From an uncultured Sphingomonas sp. (GTDB lineage Bacteria > Pseudomonadota > Alphaproteobacteria > Sphingomonadales > Sphingomonadaceae): DNA of 58,163 bases. The stretch lies in assembly GCA_902806275.1 (NCBI GenBank), contig CADCVY010000060.1, forward strand, positions 1 to 58,163, read 5' to 3'. The position numbers and the translations under genes were made by a program. Of this stretch, positions 54,500 to 58,163 are shown piece by piece. Positions within the stretch are counted from its first letter, which is position 1, and every line of letters begins with the position of its first letter. The notes beneath the pieces were generated by a model. The model did no database searches. It worked only from the letters and a program-made list of their open reading frames with translations, and was not told where the DNA came from.

Positions 54500-54527
54500 A
54501 TGTCCGCTTTCCGTCCATTGCAGACAT
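54500..54527 (+). repeat. 28-bp palindromic site, copy 4
   Basis: ATGTCCGCTTT CCGTCC ATTGCAGACAT. Confidence 0.88.
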
Positions 54528-54553
54528 CGCGGTTCTGCGCCCCTCGCTTACGC

Positions 54554-55036
54554 CTAGCCCTCCCACAACTCTCCCTCAGGCGCACCCCGGCCCAACTTGT
54601 CCGGCAACGCTTCGCCTTCGGGCGTGAACTCGAGGCTGACCGAGTTGATGCAGTAGCGCTCGCCCGTCGGCGGCGGGCCGTCGGGGAAGACGTGGCCCTG
54701 GTGCGACCCGCAGCGGGCGCAGACGATCTCGGTGCGAACCATGCCGTAGCTGGTGTCGCGGATGGTCTCGAGGTGGTCGGCCGAAAACGGGTTGGTGAAG
54801 CTCGGCCAGCCGGTGCCGCTTTCGAACTTGGTGCCGCCGTGAAACAAGGGCAGCCCGCACAGGCGGCAGGTGTAGACGCCAGCGCGCTTCTCGTCGACGA
54901 ACACGCCGCAGAACGGCGCTTCGGTGCCATGCTCCAGCAGCACGTGCCGCTCCTCCGGGCTGAGCTCGGCGGCGAGCCGGCTGAGATCGCCGTCGTCGGG
55001 CGGGCTGAGGTCGAACTGCATGGTGGCACTGGCCAT
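54554..55036 (-). CDS. msrB: Peptide methionine sulfoxide reductase MsrB
   Basis: [39 protein letters not shown]. Confidence 0.95.
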   Translation of the reverse strand: MASATMQFDLSPPDDGDLSRLAAELSPEERHVLLEHGTEAPFCGVFVDEKRAGVYTCRLCGLPLFHGGTKFESGTGWPSFTNPFSADHLETIRDTSYGMVRTEIVCARCGSHQGHVFPDGPPPTGERYCINSVSLEFTPEGEALPDKLGRGAPEGELWEG

Positions 55037-55055
55037 TGCTATTGCTCCTGAAAGC

Positions 55056-55080
55056 GGCGGCCGGCACGATGCCGGCCGCC
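55056..55080 (-). terminator. GC-rich hairpin downstream of DUF3597 gene
   Basis: GGCGGCCGGCA-CGA-TGCCGGCCGCC perfect 11-bp stem, short T tract on minus strand. Confidence 0.55.
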
Positions 55081-55087
55081 CCAGATC

Positions 55088-55525
55088 CTAGTTGCGCATG
55101 TCATCGGGAACGATGCCCCCGTTGGCGGCCAGCTTGTCCATCACCGCCTTGTGCAGCGCGATGTTCTGCTCCGCGCTGCCATGCTCGCCGGCCTTGACGC
55201 CGAGTTCCTCCGCCAGTTCCTTGCGCGCGCCCAGGCCTGAATCGAGGTCGAGCAGCTTGAGCAGGTCGACGATCGACGTCTTGTAATTGCCGCCGCCGCC
55301 CTTGGTCGCGGCCATTTCACTCAGCACCGCGCCAACGTCGACCGACTGCGTGGCGGCTGCGGTATCCTGCGGGTAATAGGGTTGGCCCTGCTGCTGCGCC
55401 TGAGGTTGCGCCTGAGCTGAACCGCCGGCCGGAACGCCGCCGCCCAGTCCACCGGCTTGGCCGGTCTGATCCGCCTCACGCTTCTTGCCGAAAATCTTGT
55501 CCCTGATGCTGCCGAACAGGCCCAT
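55088..55525 (-). CDS. DUF3597 family protein
   Basis: MGLFGSIRDKIFG...SIVDLLKLLDLDS...ARKELA...NIALHK..LAANGG. Confidence 0.85.
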   Translation of the reverse strand: MGLFGSIRDKIFGKKREADQTGQAGGLGGGVPAGGSAQAQPQAQQQGQPYYPQDTAAATQSVDVGAVLSEMAATKGGGGNYKTSIVDLLKLLDLDSGLGARKELAEELGVKAGEHGSAEQNIALHKAVMDKLAANGGIVPDDMRN

Positions 55526-55577
55526 GCTGCAATCTCCAATATACGCGGTGCCCGGTGCCCCGCCTTCAAACAACAGC

Positions 55578-55639
55578 AACGAAGTGCCCCGCTCAAGGCT
55601 CCGCCGCCTTAGGGGAACGCGGCGACAATCCAACTCGTT
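55578..55639. promoter_or_regulatory. Back-to-back putative EcfG promoters
   Basis: Plus: GGAAC(55614-18)-N17-CGTT(55636-39); minus: GGAGC(55602-598)-N16-CGTT(55581-78). Confidence 0.55.
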
Positions 55640-55684
55640 CACCAACTCGTTCAGCCTTGCGCACAACATCTAAAGGAGGATTGC

Positions 55685-56266
55685 ATGAGGGTTTTGGTGA
55701 TGGCGATGGCCGGGGCGGCGGTGACCGTTTCCGCTTGCGGCCGCAGCGACAATGACGCGGCGGCCAACCAGGATGTCGTTGTCACAAACGACTTGGGGAT
55801 GAATACCGCGGCAACTGCCGGCGCCGCGCCGGCGGCGCTGCCGACCGATGCGCAAGGCTTCGTCAACGCGGCCGCGGCAAGCGACCGGTTCGAGATCGAA
55901 AGTTCGCGAATGGCGGAAGCGTCAGGCCAGTCGGCGGGGGTGAAAGCGTTCGCCCGGCAGATGATCAGCGGCCACACCGCCAGCACCGCCAAGCTCAAGA
56001 GCACGGTCGCCGGAATGTCGCCGCCGCTCACGCCAACGGACACGCTGAACGCCGATCAGCAAGCCCTGATGGCGACCCTGCAGGGCAAGACCGGCGCCCA
56101 ATTCGACACCGCCTACGCAACCGCCCAGGTGACCGCGCACCAGAAGACGCTCGACATGCTGAACGCTTATGCCGCCGGCGGCGACAACCCGGCGCTCGTG
56201 TCCTTCGCCAAAGGTATGGTTCCGACCGTGGCCGCGCACCTCAATCTCGCCAAGGGCCTGAAGTAG
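55685..56266 (+). CDS. DUF4142 family lipoprotein
   Basis: RBS AGGAGG, VSAC lipobox, SDRFEIESS, FARQMISGH, FDTAY...HQKT, HLNLA. Confidence 0.85.
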   Translation: MRVLVMAMAGAAVTVSACGRSDNDAAANQDVVVTNDLGMNTAATAGAAPAALPTDAQGFVNAAAASDRFEIESSRMAEASGQSAGVKAFARQMISGHTASTAKLKSTVAGMSPPLTPTDTLNADQQALMATLQGKTGAQFDTAYATAQVTAHQKTLDMLNAYAAGGDNPALVSFAKGMVPTVAAHLNLAKGLK

Positions 56267-56272
56267 ACCATA

Positions 56273-56308
56273 GCCGGGTGAGCGGGCGCCCCTGCTCGCT
56301 CGCCCGGC
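56273..56308. terminator. Hairpin between convergent genes
   Basis: GCCGGGTGAGCGGGC...GCTCGCTCGCCCGGC stem with G-U pairs. Confidence 0.5.
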
Positions 56309-56315
56309 AATCCGG

Positions 56316-56873
56316 CTACAATCTGGCGAACAGCAGCACGATGTAGCCGATGAACATCGCTAGGGAGACCGGCGCCAGCACCGCGTGGAAGCGGCGGTTG
56401 ACGGTCAGGATCGCCACCACGCAGGAGCCGATCAGCAGCGCATGGAAGGCGAGGTTGGCGGGCTCGGGGAGACTGCCCTCTAGCGCGACATCCTTGAGGA
56501 TGCTCACCACCGCCGCGGCGGCCAGCAGGCCGAAGAACCAGGGCCGGTTGCGATAGTAATCGGCCTCTAGGTCGATGCGCTCTGGACTGAGGTCCGGCAG
56601 CACCAGTCCCGCCGCCAGGTAGAACAAGGCGGTCTGCAGCAGGATCAGGCCGTAAAGCCCGAACGTCCAATCCTCATGGTCGCGCAGCCCGAACGACGAC
56701 CACCACATCTGGATGGCGATCAGCAGTACCAGCGCTGCCCAGATCAGCGACGGCACGTACAGCCGCGCCGACGCGCGCGCCAGCATCAGCGCCCGCAGGC
56801 CCTGCAGCACCTGCGTAATCGCCAGCCCGATGATCACCGATAGTAGGACGGAAAGGTAGCTGAAGCTGTCCAT
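56316..56873 (-). CDS. Hypothetical multi-pass membrane protein
   Basis: [19 protein letters not shown]...; ~6 hydrophobic helices; ATG at 56873. Confidence 0.7.
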   Translation of the reverse strand: MDSFSYLSVLLSVIIGLAITQVLQGLRALMLARASARLYVPSLIWAALVLLIAIQMWWSSFGLRDHEDWTFGLYGLILLQTALFYLAAGLVLPDLSPERIDLEADYYRNRPWFFGLLAAAAVVSILKDVALEGSLPEPANLAFHALLIGSCVVAILTVNRRFHAVLAPVSLAMFIGYIVLLFARL

Positions 56874-56940
56874 CCGGCGATCCGACCTCCACGCACCCGC
56901 ATCTCGCAAGTGCACAATCTTGCTGCTACCGCCCGCCGAA

Positions 56941-58163
56941 ATGACCGAACTGTCCAAGATCCGCAATTTCTCGATCATCGCGCATATCGACCACGGCAAG
57001 TCGACGCTCGCCGACCGCCTGATCCTGGCCACCGGCGGGCTGACCGAGCGCGAGATGACGCGCGGCCAGATGCTCGACAACATGGAAATCGAGCAGGAGC
57101 GCGGGATCACCATCAAGGCCCAGACCGTGCGCCTGCAGTGGAACGGCTACGAACTCAACCTGATGGATACGCCAGGCCACGTCGACTTCGCCTACGAAGT
57201 CAGCCGCAGCCTCGCCGCCTGCGAAGGCGCGCTGCTAGTGGTCGACGCCGCTCAAGGCGTCGAAGCGCAGACCCTCGCCAACGTCTACCAGTCGATCGAA
57301 CACGATCACGAAATCATCCCGGTCATCAACAAGATCGACCTCCCCGCCGCCGATCCCGAAGGCGTGCGGCAGGAGATCGAGGAGATCATCGGCCTCGACG
57401 CATCCGAAGCCGTGCTCGCCTCCGCCAAGTCGGGCATCGGCATCACCGAAGTGCTGCAGGCGATCGTCGACAAGATCCCGCCGCCCATGGGCGACCGCGA
57501 CGCGCCCCTGAAGGCGATGCTGGTCGACAGCTGGTACGACCCCTATCTCGGCGTGGTGATCCTCGTCCGCGTCATCGACGGCACGCTCCGCAAGGGCGCG
57601 CAGGTCAAGTTCATGCAGGCCGGCACCCTCCACCTGATCGACCGCGTCGGCTGCTTCCGCCCGAAGATCGAGCAGCTCGCCGAGCTCGGCCCGGGCGAGA
57701 TCGGCTTCATCACCGCGCAGATCAAGGAAGTCGCCGAAACCCGCGTCGGCGACACCATCACCGATGCCAGGAAGCCCGCGGCCGAAGCGCTGCCCGGCTT
57801 TAAGGAAGTCCAGCCGGTGGTCTTCTGCGGCCTGTTCCCGATCGACGCCGCCGACTTCGAAAAGCTCCGCGACAGCCTCTACAAGCTGCGCCTCAACGAC
57901 GCGTCGTTCAGCTTCGAGACGGAGAGCAGCGCCGCGCTCGGCTTCGGCTTCCGCTGCGGCTTCCTCGGCCTCCTCCACCTCGAGATCATCCAGGAGCGGC
58001 TGACCCGCGAATACGACCTCGACCTCATCACCACCGCGCCCAGCGTCGTCTACCGGCTCCACCTCAACCGCAGCAAAAGGGAAGAAGCATCGACCGGCTC
58101 CGCACGCACCGTCGCTGGCGATTCCGACGGCGGCCGCGTGATCGAGCTCCACAATCCCGCCGA
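56941..58163 (+). CDS. lepA: Translation elongation factor 4 (LepA), 3' truncated
   Basis: [50 protein letters not shown]; open to window end. Confidence 0.96.
   Translation, partial: MTELSKIRNFSIIAHIDHGKSTLADRLILATGGLTEREMTRGQMLDNMEIEQERGITIKAQTVRLQWNGYELNLMDTPGHVDFAYEVSRSLAACEGALLVVDAAQGVEAQTLANVYQSIEHDHEIIPVINKIDLPAADPEGVRQEIEEIIGLDASEAVLASAKSGIGITEVLQAIVDKIPPPMGDRDAPLKAMLVDSWYDPYLGVVILVRVIDGTLRKGAQVKFMQAGTLHLIDRVGCFRPKIEQLAELGPGEIGFITAQIKEVAETRVGDTITDARKPAAEALPGFKEVQPVVFCGLFPIDAADFEKLRDSLYKLRLNDASFSFETESSAALGFGFRCGFLGLLHLEIIQERLTREYDLDLITTAPSVVYRLHLNRSKREEASTGSARTVAGDSDGGRVIELHNPA

Larger units (their letters stand above)
51972..54527. mobile_element. Putative recombinase-site-delimited gene cassette array
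   Basis: Four direct 28-bp sites bracket two lower-GC genes; ends lie 23 bp from the DUF885 stop and 26 bp from the msrB stop. Confidence 0.55.

Noticed and set aside
51972-54527. CRISPR array or classical integron attC interpretation of the 28-bp repeats
   Set aside because: Gaps are 367, 9 and 2068 bp and contain genes; no cas or intI; no attC core motifs
56874-57116. N-terminal extension of the 56316-57116 ORF
   Set aside because: Antisense to the lepA 5' end; the membrane protein plausibly starts at ATG 56873

Overview
GC-rich alphaproteobacterial chromosome, most likely a Sphingomonas-type sphingomonad (SdrG-like regulator, cckA, hdaA/purMN, pepA-lptD-surA-pdxA-rsmA synteny, tRNA-His with encoded G-1:C73). 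Most of the window is core genome: metC 3' end, 3 tRNAs, kup, ald, the ccmC-D-E-F-G-H-I cluster, HU-lon, clpX, cckA, smpB-dapA, slt-greB, aspS-rnd, purMN, ndk-holC-pepA, lptD-surA-pdxA-rsmA, guaB, SPFH-NfeD, msrB and a 3'-truncated lepA. The most unusual feature is a ~2.55 kb lower-GC island (51972-54527) between the convergent DUF885 and msrB genes. It is bounded and subdivided by four same-orientation 28-bp imperfect palindromes (consensus ATGTCCGCTTT-CCAYCC-ATTGCVGACAT) that parse as 11-6-11, the geometry of tyrosine-recombinase (dif-like) sites. Each passenger gene (an orphan membrane-anchored protein and an RTX-type GDSL esterase) sits between two sites, as in an integron/pdif-like cassette array, with no recombinase in the window. 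Other oddities are an in-frame TAG in pepA, a probable AUU start for greB, a PPK2 homologue missing catalytic residues, a PurN-YjbR fusion, a loop insertion in LepA that may derive from a palindromic repeat, and several EcfG-type (GGAAC-N16/17-CGTT) promoters. All calls are from motif recognition by eye; no searches were run.
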